DNA of 64,000 nt, taken from contig JAXLTU010000010.1 in assembly GCA_046329885.1 (NCBI GenBank), positions 23,734 through 87,733 on the forward strand, in the 5' to 3' direction. Position numbers and translations under genes: made by a program. Shown piece by piece: positions 9,614 to 18,641 of this stretch (position 1 is its first letter; each line of letters starts with the position of its first letter). The DNA comes from Bacteroidales bacterium (lineage in GTDB: Bacteria > Bacteroidota > Bacteroidia > Bacteroidales > VadinHA17). The notes under the pieces are model-generated. The model saw nothing but the letters and a program-made list of their open reading frames with translations, did not search any database and was not told where the DNA came from.

Positions 9614-9922
9614 TTACTTCATGAAGAACTTCGAGAATAGCAGTTTAGCTTCTTCCCAGTTTTGTGGATTAATACAATATTTAATGTACGGTGGATTTAT
9701 CTCGCCTTGTATCAGACCAGCATCCTTGAGCTCCTTGAGATGCTCTGACAATGTTGAACGGGCAATTGGAAGTATCTCGGCCATATCGCCGCTGTAGCAG
9801 CATTTGTTAAGATTATTCGACAGGTACTCGAGAATGAAAACCCTTGTTGGGTTTGACAGGGCTTTCCCTATCCTGGCTATCTTCTCCTGGTTATCAGTTA
9901 TAGGTTTTTCCTTTTGTGCCAT
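9614..9922 (-). CDS. arsR: ArsR/SmtB-family metalloregulatory repressor
   Basis: 102 aa. The wHTH segment is ARSTLSEHLKELKDAGLI. The preceding NKCCYSGDMAEIL carries a Cys pair at the position of the ArsR ELCVCDL metalloid site. Confidence 0.85.
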   Translation of the reverse strand: MAQKEKPITDNQEKIARIGKALSNPTRVFILEYLSNNLNKCCYSGDMAEILPIARSTLSEHLKELKDAGLIQGEINPPYIKYCINPQNWEEAKLLFSKFFMK

Positions 9923-9930
9923 GAAAAATC

Positions 9931-9949
9931 ATTTCGGTAATTCCCGAAA
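9931..9949 (-). promoter_or_regulatory. candidate ArsR operator: ATTTCGG-TAATTC-CCGAAA, 9-27 nt upstream of the arsR ATG
   Basis: Second copy of the palindrome seen at 9578-9597. It directly abuts a TAnnTTTG box at 9950-9957. Confidence 0.5.
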
Positions 9950-9957
9950 CAAATTTA
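9950..9957 (-). promoter_or_regulatory. candidate -7 promoter box for arsR (minus-strand TAAATTTG)
   Basis: Plus-strand CAAATTTA is TAAATTTG on the minus strand, an exact TAnnTTTG match 28-35 nt upstream of the arsR start. Confidence 0.4.
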
Positions 9958-10091
9958 TTATTTCTTCGACACGAAAGCAAAACCGGATGATTTTTTTTGT
10001 TTCCTGTAAGAGTTTTATCATCAACAACGAAAGATGACTTGAAAAATGCGGACTAGCATCTGAAGCAGTTGTCCAGTTCAGGAAGAATGAG

Positions 10092-10871
10092 CTATAAATC
10101 AATCAGGTCTTTTGAGACACCAATGCCAAACAGTGCAAAATCGTATTTGACAGGGTCATTCCTATCAAGTTCCCGAAGGACAAGATCGAGTTCATACACA
10201 GCTTTTGCATCATTCTGCTTCCTGCATAACATTCCGAGCTGGCGCGCGATATTGCCGCTGTGAATATCGAGTGGGCAAGAGAGAATTGCCGGGGAAATTT
10301 TTTCCCATATCCCGAAATCGACACCCGCCTTATCCTTTCGGATCATCCACCTGAGGAACATGTTTATCTTTTTTGCCGCGGAACCCTTGAATGGATCGGA
10401 GACATGCCTTTCGGTTCTCTTCTCGTGATGAATCTCGAAAAAGATCCTGTGGAATTCGTGAATTGCCGGCTGAAGAGAGACGTCTGTTTTATACCTGTTG
10501 AAAATCTCCTCCATTCCACCTTTTGTACTGTAAATATTCTGAAGTGCACTGACAAAGCAAACCAGATCTGTAGTATTGAAGGTCCTGTGCACAAACTTTC
10601 CCAGGAGGGCTAACTCATCTTTGCTTGAATTCATAATAAACTCGAACGGTGAATGCTCCAGCAGTTCCATCATACGATTAGCGTTCCGGAGTATCATTTT
10701 CCTGTTTCCCCAGGCAATGGTGGCCGCCAGGAAACCAGCTATCTCGATATCTTCCTTCCTCGTGAACTGGTGCGGAATACTGATAGGGTCTGCCTCGATG
10801 AAAGCCGGATTGTTGTATTGTTCAACCTTTTCATCAAGAAATTCCTTCAGCTCGAGCCTGCTTAATTTCAT
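10092..10871 (-). CDS. TIGR02757 (DUF2400) family protein, function unknown
   Basis: The ORF extends to 10907, but the ATG at 10871 (MKLSRLELKEFLDEKVEQYN) matches family N-termini. Family-typical strings are DPISIPHQF, AWGNRKMI, FVHRTFN, NMFLRWMIRKDKAGVDFGIW, CPLDIH and DPVKYDFALFGIGV. Confidence 0.8.
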   Translation of the reverse strand: MKLSRLELKEFLDEKVEQYNNPAFIEADPISIPHQFTRKEDIEIAGFLAATIAWGNRKMILRNANRMMELLEHSPFEFIMNSSKDELALLGKFVHRTFNTTDLVCFVSALQNIYSTKGGMEEIFNRYKTDVSLQPAIHEFHRIFFEIHHEKRTERHVSDPFKGSAAKKINMFLRWMIRKDKAGVDFGIWEKISPAILSCPLDIHSGNIARQLGMLCRKQNDAKAVYELDLVLRELDRNDPVKYDFALFGIGVSKDLIDL

Positions 10872-11128
10872 CGCGTTAGTTTGGGAGTTAAAAATAAGGA
10901 AATGCAACTAATCATAATACCCCCATATTTTTAAAATTTCATATTATTAACTTGCAGGGGGTTGACAAAACTGGAAAGATAAGAGTCATTGTAACGGCGT
11001 CGTGTTTAATTTACAACGGAATAACAATTTAACAGAAGAGTTTCAGAATGACTTATCAATTGAGCATTGATAATCCCGATGTATCATGTTCTTAACCACC
11101 CAGACGGAAGCCAAAGAAAATTATTCAT

Positions 11129-11842
11129 TTACAGGAAGTTTTTATCAAGGAACTCCTGAAATTTCTCCCTGTACTGATCACCTATCGGAATATATTGCTT
11201 GCCAAAGACTATCCTGCTACGGTCTATCGTGTCGATCTTTTCAAGGTTCACGATGTAAGAACGATGAACTCTCATGAAGCGTTCTGCAGGTAATTTCTTT
11301 TCCAGTATTTTAAGTGACGATAGCGACAATACCGGTTTGTCAGAATTCATAGTGAAGACCTTTACATACTCTTTTAAGCCCTCAATAAAAAGTATATCGT
11401 GGAAATTGATCCTTTTGATCTTGTAGTCAGATTTCAGGAAGAGGAATTCCTTGTTGGAGAGAACCTCATCGTGTGGTCTTGGTTTAGATCTTATCATCCT
11501 CTCCGCCTTCCTGACAGAGGTTAGGAATTCCTCGTAAGTGAATGGCTTCAGAAGATAATCAGCAACATCCAGCTTGAATCCCTCGATGGCATATTTTTCG
11601 AATGCCGTTGTAAAAACCACAACTGGTCCATTTATAATCGATCGTGTAAATTCTATACCGCTCAACCCAGGCATCTGTATGTCAGTGAATACAATATCCA
11701 CCTGGTTATTGCCTATGAAACTGGCCGCCTCAAGAGGATTTTCATATTGTCCTGCAAGCAATAGGTCAGGAGTCTTAACGATATAATCGACAATCAATTG
11801 AAGAGCCAGTGGTTCATCGTCTATAGCAACTACACTAATCAT
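11129..11842 (-). CDS. LytTR-family two-component response regulator
   Basis: 237 aa. The receiver domain has VVAIDDEPLA and DIVFTDIQMPGLSG. The C-terminal LytTR domain has ILFIEGLKEYVKVFT and FMRVHRSYIVNLEKI. Confidence 0.9.
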   Translation of the reverse strand: MISVVAIDDEPLALQLIVDYIVKTPDLLLAGQYENPLEAASFIGNNQVDIVFTDIQMPGLSGIEFTRSIINGPVVVFTTAFEKYAIEGFKLDVADYLLKPFTYEEFLTSVRKAERMIRSKPRPHDEVLSNKEFLFLKSDYKIKRINFHDILFIEGLKEYVKVFTMNSDKPVLSLSSLKILEKKLPAERFMRVHRSYIVNLEKIDTIDRSRIVFGKQYIPIGDQYREKFQEFLDKNFL

Positions 11843-11843
11843 C

Positions 11844-12956
11844 TCACAACCTGATAATTAAATTAACTGCAAACATTTTGCCGGTGTTGTTGATTATCAA
11901 CTCGTGCCGGTCCGGGAATATAAGTCCAAGGCGTTTCTTCAGGTTTTCCAGGCCAATGCCGGAGGAAGGAAAGTTGAGGTCAGTATTTGTTTCAGGCAAA
12001 CCATTTTCACATGCAAACCTGATGATGTCTTCATCACGTTCAAGACTGATTTTCACGAATGACTCTTCCTGAACACTGATTCCATATTTAAAAGCGTTCT
12101 CAATCAATGAAATAAAAAGCAGATGGGGAATTTTCGTTTCTCCGCACTCAGCAGGGAAGTAAACTTCCAGCCTGGTTCTTGACCCGATCCTGAGCCGCAT
12201 CAGATCGATATAGTTCTTCATGAATTCAACCTCTTCACTTAATCGTTTGAGATCCTCACCCGATTCATTTAACACGTATCTCATCAGTCTTGATAGCTTA
12301 ATGACAGCATCTTTCGAATCTTCATTATTCCTGCCTATCAACGAATAGATATTATTCAGGGTATTAAAGAAAAAATGAGGGCTTATCTGGTTCTTCAGAA
12401 TGGCCAGTTCGGCGTTAAGCTTCGACTTTTCCATTTCCTCCTGGCGTTCCAGCACCCTGAGTCCAAGGGAAAGGAAAACCATGAAAAGCGAAGAAACAGT
12501 ATATCCGATAAGACGGGCATTTGGTACCGCGATCATTATCCTTGGGCCCATGGGGGGACGTTCGCGGAACTGGCTATCGGCATCCTGCTTTTCAATCTGC
12601 TGCCCCGGCCTTCTTTCATTCATCTTGTTTACCTGCCCGTTCACGAAATCAGATAAATAATAAAAACTGATGACCAAAACCAGTGCCGCTATAAAATACC
12701 TGTATCTACTTTTCCTGAAGAACAATTTAGGTACCAGAATCAGGTAATTAGCGTAAAATATCAGGGCATTAACAGCGGCGAAGGCATAGTAAGTTGCCAG
12801 GAAATCTCCTGCCATCCGGTACCTTTTCACCACGAAAATTGGTAAAATGATAAATACAATCCACACGATAACATGGAACACTACCCTGGTGATCTTACTT
12901 CTTTTCATTACCCCGTTTTTTCCCTGATGCGCAATTTGCTCCCTAAAATTAACCAT
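11844..12956 (-). CDS. LytS/YehU-type sensor histidine kinase (intramembrane-sensing architecture)
   Basis: 370 aa, with an alternative ATG at 12908. It has four predicted TM helices with short loops. These are followed by the PF06580-type motif ISPHFFFNTLNNIYSL and an HATPase region. It ends 1 nt before the regulator gene. Confidence 0.85.
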   Translation of the reverse strand: MVNFREQIAHQGKNGVMKRSKITRVVFHVIVWIVFIILPIFVVKRYRMAGDFLATYYAFAAVNALIFYANYLILVPKLFFRKSRYRYFIAALVLVISFYYLSDFVNGQVNKMNERRPGQQIEKQDADSQFRERPPMGPRIMIAVPNARLIGYTVSSLFMVFLSLGLRVLERQEEMEKSKLNAELAILKNQISPHFFFNTLNNIYSLIGRNNEDSKDAVIKLSRLMRYVLNESGEDLKRLSEEVEFMKNYIDLMRLRIGSRTRLEVYFPAECGETKIPHLLFISLIENAFKYGISVQEESFVKISLERDEDIIRFACENGLPETNTDLNFPSSGIGLENLKKRLGLIFPDRHELIINNTGKMFAVNLIIRL

Positions 12957-12974
12957 TCGTTCCTAATTAATATC

Positions 12975-14231
12975 TTATTCAAACCTCAAAGCATCGATGG
13001 GATTCAGATCAGCGGCCTTTCTTGCCGGATACCAGCCGAAGAAAACACCTATGAGGAAACACACTGCAAAAGCGAGTACAACTGAAGCTCCTGTGATTAT
13101 TATATGGCTTTTAATCACAGAACCCACTACTAAGGCAATAATATAACCAGCCATCACACCTATCAGTCCACCAAGCAGGCTTAATATAACCGATTCAACA
13201 AGGAACTGGCTCAATATATCTATACCACGCCCGCCAACTGCCATTCGCAGGCCTATCTCACGTGTTCTTTCCATTACTGAAACAAGCATGATGTTCATGA
13301 TTCCAATGCCGCCCACTAGAAGTGAAATACCCGCTATGGCTCCCAGGAGGTAAGTCAGAATTGTTGAGATTGAAGAAGCCGTGGCAATGATCTCTGATTG
13401 CGACATTGCAGCAAAATTATCTTCCTCCGATCCCGTGAGCTTGTGATTCCGTCGAAGCAACTCCGTTATTTCTTTTATCGCCATGGCACTCTTTTCCTCG
13501 CTGACAGCTGACACGTATATCCCATTTATATAATCGATTGCTGCCATTCTTCTTTGCACTGTCGTGTACGGGGATATAATACAATCATCAAGATCAAGCC
13601 CCATGTTATTCTCACCCTTTTCCCTGAGTACGCCTATCACCTGGAAGGGAAGCTTGTTGATACGGATCGTTACGCCAACCGGATCGGCTCCTTTCCCGAA
13701 AAGATTGTCAACGACAGTCTGTCCAAGCAAGCATACTTTTGCCATGCTTTTAGTCTCGGGAAGGTTAAAAAAACGACCACTGCTGATCGCGAGCTTTCGA
13801 ATAGTGAAATATTCCAAGCTCACTCCGAAGATTGTAGTGGGTGTGTTCTGGTTACCGTAGATGGCCTGGGCGTCTACTCTCACCTCGGGTGAAACGAGAT
13901 CAATATCCGGGGCTTCCTTCCTCAACGATTCGACATCCGAGTATTTCATCGCGGTAAGTCCATTGGCCGATGGATTTGCACCCTTCGCTCTTATGGGCAT
14001 AACAATGATCATGTTCGTTCCCATTGCCGACATTTCTTCCCTGATTGTCTGCTTTGAACCCTCGCCAATGGCAAGCATCGCGATCACGGAAGCCACACCT
14101 ATGACAATTCCGAGCATTGTGAGTGATGCTCTGATTTTATTTCTCTGCAATTCCCTTCCAGCTATCATGAAAAGACTTGAATACTTCATCATGCCAGATT
14201 TTTTTAGTTTCAAAGCAACCATGTTCTTCAA
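12975..14231 (-). CDS. MacB/FtsX-type ABC transporter permease (no ATPase domain)
   Basis: 418 aa. The layout is an N-terminal TM (RASLTMLGIVIGVASVIAM), a periplasmic MacB_PCD-like domain and a C-terminal FtsX 3-TM bundle. The end is PARKAADLNPIDALRFE. Confidence 0.85.
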   Translation of the reverse strand: MKNMVALKLKKSGMMKYSSLFMIAGRELQRNKIRASLTMLGIVIGVASVIAMLAIGEGSKQTIREEMSAMGTNMIIVMPIRAKGANPSANGLTAMKYSDVESLRKEAPDIDLVSPEVRVDAQAIYGNQNTPTTIFGVSLEYFTIRKLAISSGRFFNLPETKSMAKVCLLGQTVVDNLFGKGADPVGVTIRINKLPFQVIGVLREKGENNMGLDLDDCIISPYTTVQRRMAAIDYINGIYVSAVSEEKSAMAIKEITELLRRNHKLTGSEEDNFAAMSQSEIIATASSISTILTYLLGAIAGISLLVGGIGIMNIMLVSVMERTREIGLRMAVGGRGIDILSQFLVESVILSLLGGLIGVMAGYIIALVVGSVIKSHIIITGASVVLAFAVCFLIGVFFGWYPARKAADLNPIDALRFE

Positions 14232-14244
14232 TATTAGTTTTTAA

Positions 14245-15489
14245 TCAACCACCATTCCCTGCCATTCCTGCAGGCTTGATTCCCAGTCCTTCCCTTACCG
14301 AACCTGATGATGACTGTCTGTCCCTGTTACTTATTGCAGATACTACGACGTTTTCTCCTTCACTTAATCCTGATAGTATTTCGACGACGAGGCCGTTATC
14401 TATCCCTGTTTTGACCCTCCGCGGTTGCAGTCCAGATTTTTCATCCCTGATCCAGATAATCCTTGATTTACCGGGCAGCTGGTTTGGTTCAGCCTGATCA
14501 GGAAATGTTATTTCTCCTATTAAGGCAGTATCAGGTCTGAACATGAATGCTTTGCTCATGACAAACAATGCTTCATCCTTCTCATCGACGTAAATGATGG
14601 AGCTTGCTGTCATTCCTGGCATTAGCTTTTTTTCAGGATTTGGTGCATCAAGTATCACGTTATACGTGACCACGTTGCTTGTAATAACCGGTTGCAGTCT
14701 CACTTCCGAAACTGTTCCTTCAAAAAGCAGATCTGGATAAGCATCAACAGAAAATTCAACCCTTTGACCGGTCTTTACCTTCCCTATATCAGCTTCGTCA
14801 ACACTAGTCTTCACTTCCATCCTTGTCAGGTCATTGACTATTGTAAACAACTCCGGTGTATTGAAGCTGGCTGCCACGGTTTGTCCTTCCTCGACTGCCC
14901 TGTTAAGAACAACTCCATCGATAGGTGATGTGATTGTTGCATAGTCGAGATTGACCCTTGAACGTGAAAGATTGGACAGGGAGTTCACTAAAGCACTTTT
15001 TGAATTCTCGTAGTTGTAAAGCGCGAGATCGTAATCAGCCTGGGCAACCAGGTTCATCTCGTGAAGGGCTTTCAACCTCGTGAAAGTGGATTCGTTATAA
15101 TTCAACTGGGCCTGGGCCTGATCAACAAGAGCCTGGCTCTGTTCAACCTGAGCCCGGAGAGCGGTCTCGTCAAGTTTTGCGAGAAGCTGTCCCTTTTTCA
15201 CGATATCGTTGAAATCGGCGTAAACCCCTTTCAGAATCCCGGAGACCTGCGTTCCCACCTTTACTGTTGTTATTGCTTCAACAGTGCCAGTTGCCGTGAC
15301 CGTGCTGGTTATCTTACCCTTTAGTACCTCCGCTGTTTCGAATATTATATCTGTTCCCTTTTTTGAGGTTTTCTTAAGTATGAAGAATGTTGCAGCAATT
15401 AAGATAAAAGCTATGCCTAACAATAATACTTCACGTTTCATATTTTGGGATTTTGAATAGTTATTATTCTGTCTTTCATGATTTTCCAC
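14245..15489 (-). CDS. efflux transporter periplasmic adaptor (HlyD/MacA membrane-fusion family)
   Basis: 414 aa, with an alternative ATG at 15441 giving MKREVLLLGIAF. It has one N-terminal TM, a coiled-coil hairpin (QAQLNYNE...ALVNSLSNLSRSRVNLDY) and lipoyl and beta-barrel regions (ITSPIDGVV). Confidence 0.85.
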   Translation of the reverse strand: MENHERQNNNYSKSQNMKREVLLLGIAFILIAATFFILKKTSKKGTDIIFETAEVLKGKITSTVTATGTVEAITTVKVGTQVSGILKGVYADFNDIVKKGQLLAKLDETALRAQVEQSQALVDQAQAQLNYNESTFTRLKALHEMNLVAQADYDLALYNYENSKSALVNSLSNLSRSRVNLDYATITSPIDGVVLNRAVEEGQTVAASFNTPELFTIVNDLTRMEVKTSVDEADIGKVKTGQRVEFSVDAYPDLLFEGTVSEVRLQPVITSNVVTYNVILDAPNPEKKLMPGMTASSIIYVDEKDEALFVMSKAFMFRPDTALIGEITFPDQAEPNQLPGKSRIIWIRDEKSGLQPRRVKTGIDNGLVVEILSGLSEGENVVVSAISNRDRQSSSGSVREGLGIKPAGMAGNGG

Positions 15490-15498
15490 CAGTGCACG

Positions 15499-16818
15499 TT
15501 AAAACACTAACGGTGCACCGGAATAAAAATCAAGTATTTTATAAATGAAAATCAGTTTATACTTTGATTGCAGCAACTGGCTTTCCGACGTAATCAGGTT
15601 GGTTCTTGAAACAAGGTATTCAACCGGGTTAATCATCCCCTGCCTGAATTTTTCGTCCGACAGGCTGGAGGATGCCAGATATGCATTGTATGACTCCAGA
15701 CTGGCCTCGTATTCAACCTGAGCTGAGAGGACATCCTGACAAGCCTGCTCAATCTTTTTTCTTAATTCATTCCTCGTATTTGTTTCACTAAGCCCTGCTT
15801 CTTCAATTCCAATCTTCGCCAATGCCACGCTGGTCTTTACCTGCTTTTTCTGGTACACGGGAATAGAAAGGGAGAAGCCGGCCCATGGATTCAAACCATC
15901 AACAGTCTGCCCGAAATAAGTGCCAGAGACATTACCGGAATAATAAGTCCCGATACCAGCATTGGCAGCAAGAACCGGGTAAAAAGCCGACCTGGCAATT
16001 TTTTCCGACAATTCAGCAATTTCCTTGTTCAAGGAAGCTGATTTAACCTGGGGTTTAATCGAGAGTGCGGTTTCATAGATTTTGTTTGCATCAGGAACCC
16101 TTTCCTGGTTTAGCAGGGCCGGGAGAACCGGATGAGCAATTTTAAAACTATCTGTAACAGGAAGTTCCATTATTTGCATGAGATTGATCTTTTCGATCGC
16201 AAGCTGACTTAATGAATTTGCCAGAGTAAGTTTTTCGGAAGATAATTGAGAATTGATCTGCGCGAAGTCAGCCCTGGATATCTCTTTCAGACTCAACCGT
16301 TGCTCGGCCAGTTTGACCTGGGCCTTAATTGATTCCAATTGTCTAACGCTATTATCCACCTGTTCCTCGGCAAAGAGAACCTGCAGGTAGGCATTGAGGA
16401 TTTCGAGGCTGACTGATTCTCTGGCTGTCTCGAGCGACAAAACCCCGCTTTGCACATCCAGGTTCGCTCTTTTAATGCTGTTTGTAATCCTTGATGCCCC
16501 GAACAGGGTCAGGCTCGAGCTTAACGAATAATTAGTCGTGTTACTACCTGAAAACCCGAATCCTCCACCAGCATCCTTTGACCAGTAAAAATTCTGGTTT
16601 ATTGTAGCGCCAACCGAGGGGTAACGCTCAGCCCTGGCTTGAACTGCATTAAGTTCCCGGTTCCTGATCACCAACTCATCCTTCCTGATCGTTATGTTCT
16701 TTTTATAAGCGTATTCAATACAATCTGCAAGAGTCCATTCATTAACTTTCTGGCTGCTTACCGGACATATTTCAAGAAGAAGAAGGCCTGTTAATAATAC
16801 TACCTTACGCATAATCAT
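15499..16818 (-). CDS. TolC-family outer-membrane efflux protein
   Basis: The ORF opens at TTG 16833, and ATG 16818 gives MIMRKVVLLTGLLLL (signal peptide). There are two repeats of the outer-membrane-efflux-protein coiled-coil pattern. It is the first gene of the efflux set. Confidence 0.85.
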   Translation of the reverse strand: MIMRKVVLLTGLLLLEICPVSSQKVNEWTLADCIEYAYKKNITIRKDELVIRNRELNAVQARAERYPSVGATINQNFYWSKDAGGGFGFSGSNTTNYSLSSSLTLFGASRITNSIKRANLDVQSGVLSLETARESVSLEILNAYLQVLFAEEQVDNSVRQLESIKAQVKLAEQRLSLKEISRADFAQINSQLSSEKLTLANSLSQLAIEKINLMQIMELPVTDSFKIAHPVLPALLNQERVPDANKIYETALSIKPQVKSASLNKEIAELSEKIARSAFYPVLAANAGIGTYYSGNVSGTYFGQTVDGLNPWAGFSLSIPVYQKKQVKTSVALAKIGIEEAGLSETNTRNELRKKIEQACQDVLSAQVEYEASLESYNAYLASSSLSDEKFRQGMINPVEYLVSRTNLITSESQLLQSKYKLIFIYKILDFYSGAPLVF

Positions 16819-17186
16819 TCTGTTTCGAACCAAAAATAACCCGGCACGTGACCTTTAAAAAATAATATATAAGTACAGCTGGCTTTTGATAATAGAGAGT
16901 CCTTTTTTATATATGGGGATCAGACCGGTAGTAAATAATGGGAACCACTTCAATCATAATCACCAAGGCTTTGCCGGCCATAATTTGGCTAAATGACAGG
17001 AGAAGATTGGTTGATAGTCATTCCCGGAATATTAACCTGATCAGGATGAAAATGGCAATTGATAACTTAACTTTGCATGACTGACAAGGCAATAGTATTG
17101 AAACAATTCCAACTCTTCGTTGTTGGTTTGTAAAATCAAATCGTCAAAAAGGTGGACAAATCGAATTATGGCATGGGGTTAAAATA

Positions 17187-17927
17187 ATGAAACAGTCAAA
17201 AGTTCATATAATAACAGCAGAAACTGAACTGGCGGAAATAGTCCTTAAAGATCCGGGGTATCTTTTATTCATGGAACATTTTGGGATAGTACCTCCGTTT
17301 CAGAATAACACTATTAGGGCTTACTGCCGGGAGAATGATATAAGGCAGGAACTTTTCATATCCTTCTATAACATCTATTCTGGTGAAAACGTCACCGGAG
17401 AGGAAGACTTTACCCCCGAGGACCTGCCACTTATAATGAGATTTCTGGAGAACAGTCACAGGTATTTCCTCGATGAGATTTATCCTGACATCAGGAAACT
17501 TATAAAATTACTCCGTGATGTTAACAAATCGTACGAGATCAGCCTTGTTGACAAATTTTTCAGCGAGTACTTCAACGAGGTAAAAGAGCATCTAGCCTAC
17601 GAGGAAAAAACTGTATTCCCTTATATCAGGGATCTTTGCCATATCCCGGGCAATAATAAGAAAGCCCGGGGATCAGGGAAATTTTCAGTAGCTGTCTACA
17701 AGAAGCATCACAACGACATCGAGGAAAAACTTGATGATCTCATGAATCTGCTGATCAAATACCTGCCCGGAAATAACGACAATATTGAGCGAAGAAAAGT
17801 GCTGAAAAGCATTCATGAGCTTAACGACGATCTGACAGTTCACCAGAAGATAGAGGATCTGGTTCTTATACCACTTGTCGAAAAAATTGAGAATCAGTCA
17901 AGATCAAACAATGGTAAAGAGTATTAA
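17187..17927 (+). CDS. hemerythrin-domain di-iron protein (ScdA/RIC-like layout)
   Basis: 246 aa. Repeated His/Glu motifs are spaced as in hemerythrin HHE domains (NSHRYFLDEIYPDI, EHLAYEEKTVFPYI, YKKHHNDIEEKLDDL, VHQKIEDLVLIPLV). The N-terminal ~70 aa resembles the ScdA_N domain. Confidence 0.6.
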   Translation: MKQSKVHIITAETELAEIVLKDPGYLLFMEHFGIVPPFQNNTIRAYCRENDIRQELFISFYNIYSGENVTGEEDFTPEDLPLIMRFLENSHRYFLDEIYPDIRKLIKLLRDVNKSYEISLVDKFFSEYFNEVKEHLAYEEKTVFPYIRDLCHIPGNNKKARGSGKFSVAVYKKHHNDIEEKLDDLMNLLIKYLPGNNDNIERRKVLKSIHELNDDLTVHQKIEDLVLIPLVEKIENQSRSNNGKEY

Positions 17928-18504
17928 CATAATAATTGCTGAACCATCAGAGATCCTGTACCGGGGAATGGCTGATTTACTGGCTGATTTCTCGAATTCT
18001 GCAAGAATAAAGCGATCATTTACCCTCGAGGAAACAGAATTGCTCCTGATGAGGAATCCGGAAAGTATTGTTATTGCAAACCCGACTCTTGTCCAGAACA
18101 GGTTAAAGGATTTCCAGGAGATCAGGTCGAGATGGACCGATGCGCGATGGATCGCTTTTTTGCACGTTGTTCACGAGAACTCAATACTAAATGGATTCGA
18201 CGGGACTATAAGCATAAACGATAGTCCGGAAGCCATTATTTCGGTGGTAAAGAATACAAGCAAGAATAAAGCTACTGATAGCCAGACGGTGTTACACTCC
18301 CTGAGCTCACGTGAAATTGAAGTACTACGCCTGATCGCCACGGGCAGTTCGAACAAGGAAATAGCCACGAGGTTAAACCTTAGTGTAAACACGATAATAA
18401 CCCACCGCAAAAACATTTCAGGGAAGACAGGGATAAAAACCCTGTCAGGTTTGACAATTTATGCAGTTGTAAACAAGCTTATAGCTGTTGATGATAACAA
18501 CTGA
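17911..18504 (+). CDS. LuxR/GerE-family transcriptional regulator with degenerate (pseudo-)receiver domain
   Basis: The ATG at 17911 gives MVKSINIIIAEPSEIL; the ORF opens at 17875. The C-terminal HTH is LSSREIEVLRLIATGSSNKEIATRLNLSVNTIITHRKNI. The N-terminal REC-like fold has AE for the DD pair and Asn (VIANPTL) at the phospho-Asp position. It overlaps the upstream gene by 17 nt. Confidence 0.75.
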   Translation: MVKSINIIIAEPSEILYRGMADLLADFSNSARIKRSFTLEETELLLMRNPESIVIANPTLVQNRLKDFQEIRSRWTDARWIAFLHVVHENSILNGFDGTISINDSPEAIISVVKNTSKNKATDSQTVLHSLSSREIEVLRLIATGSSNKEIATRLNLSVNTIITHRKNISGKTGIKTLSGLTIYAVVNKLIAVDDNN

Positions 18505-18641
18505 TCCTCATCATTCCTGATGAGTCAAATTGAAGTATATCATCAATTATGGGTATTTGCCAGTCATCCTGTATTCATTTCCTTTACGCCCCTGGTAAAC
18601 CGGGTAAATCGAAAGAGGATTTCGGGGCGAATCATTAAAAA

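Noticed and set aside
16819-17186. Long 368-bp divergent intergenic region, examined together with 4546-4816, 10872-11128 and 23605-23870 for tRNA, small RNA, riboswitch or repeat elements
   Set aside because: I found no cloverleaf-compatible sequence, no conserved riboswitch core I recognise, and no repeat shared between these regions. There are only promoter-like TAnnTTTG matches (e.g. TAACTTTG at 17068-17075) and short hairpins. Covariance-model scans would be needed to exclude small RNAs.
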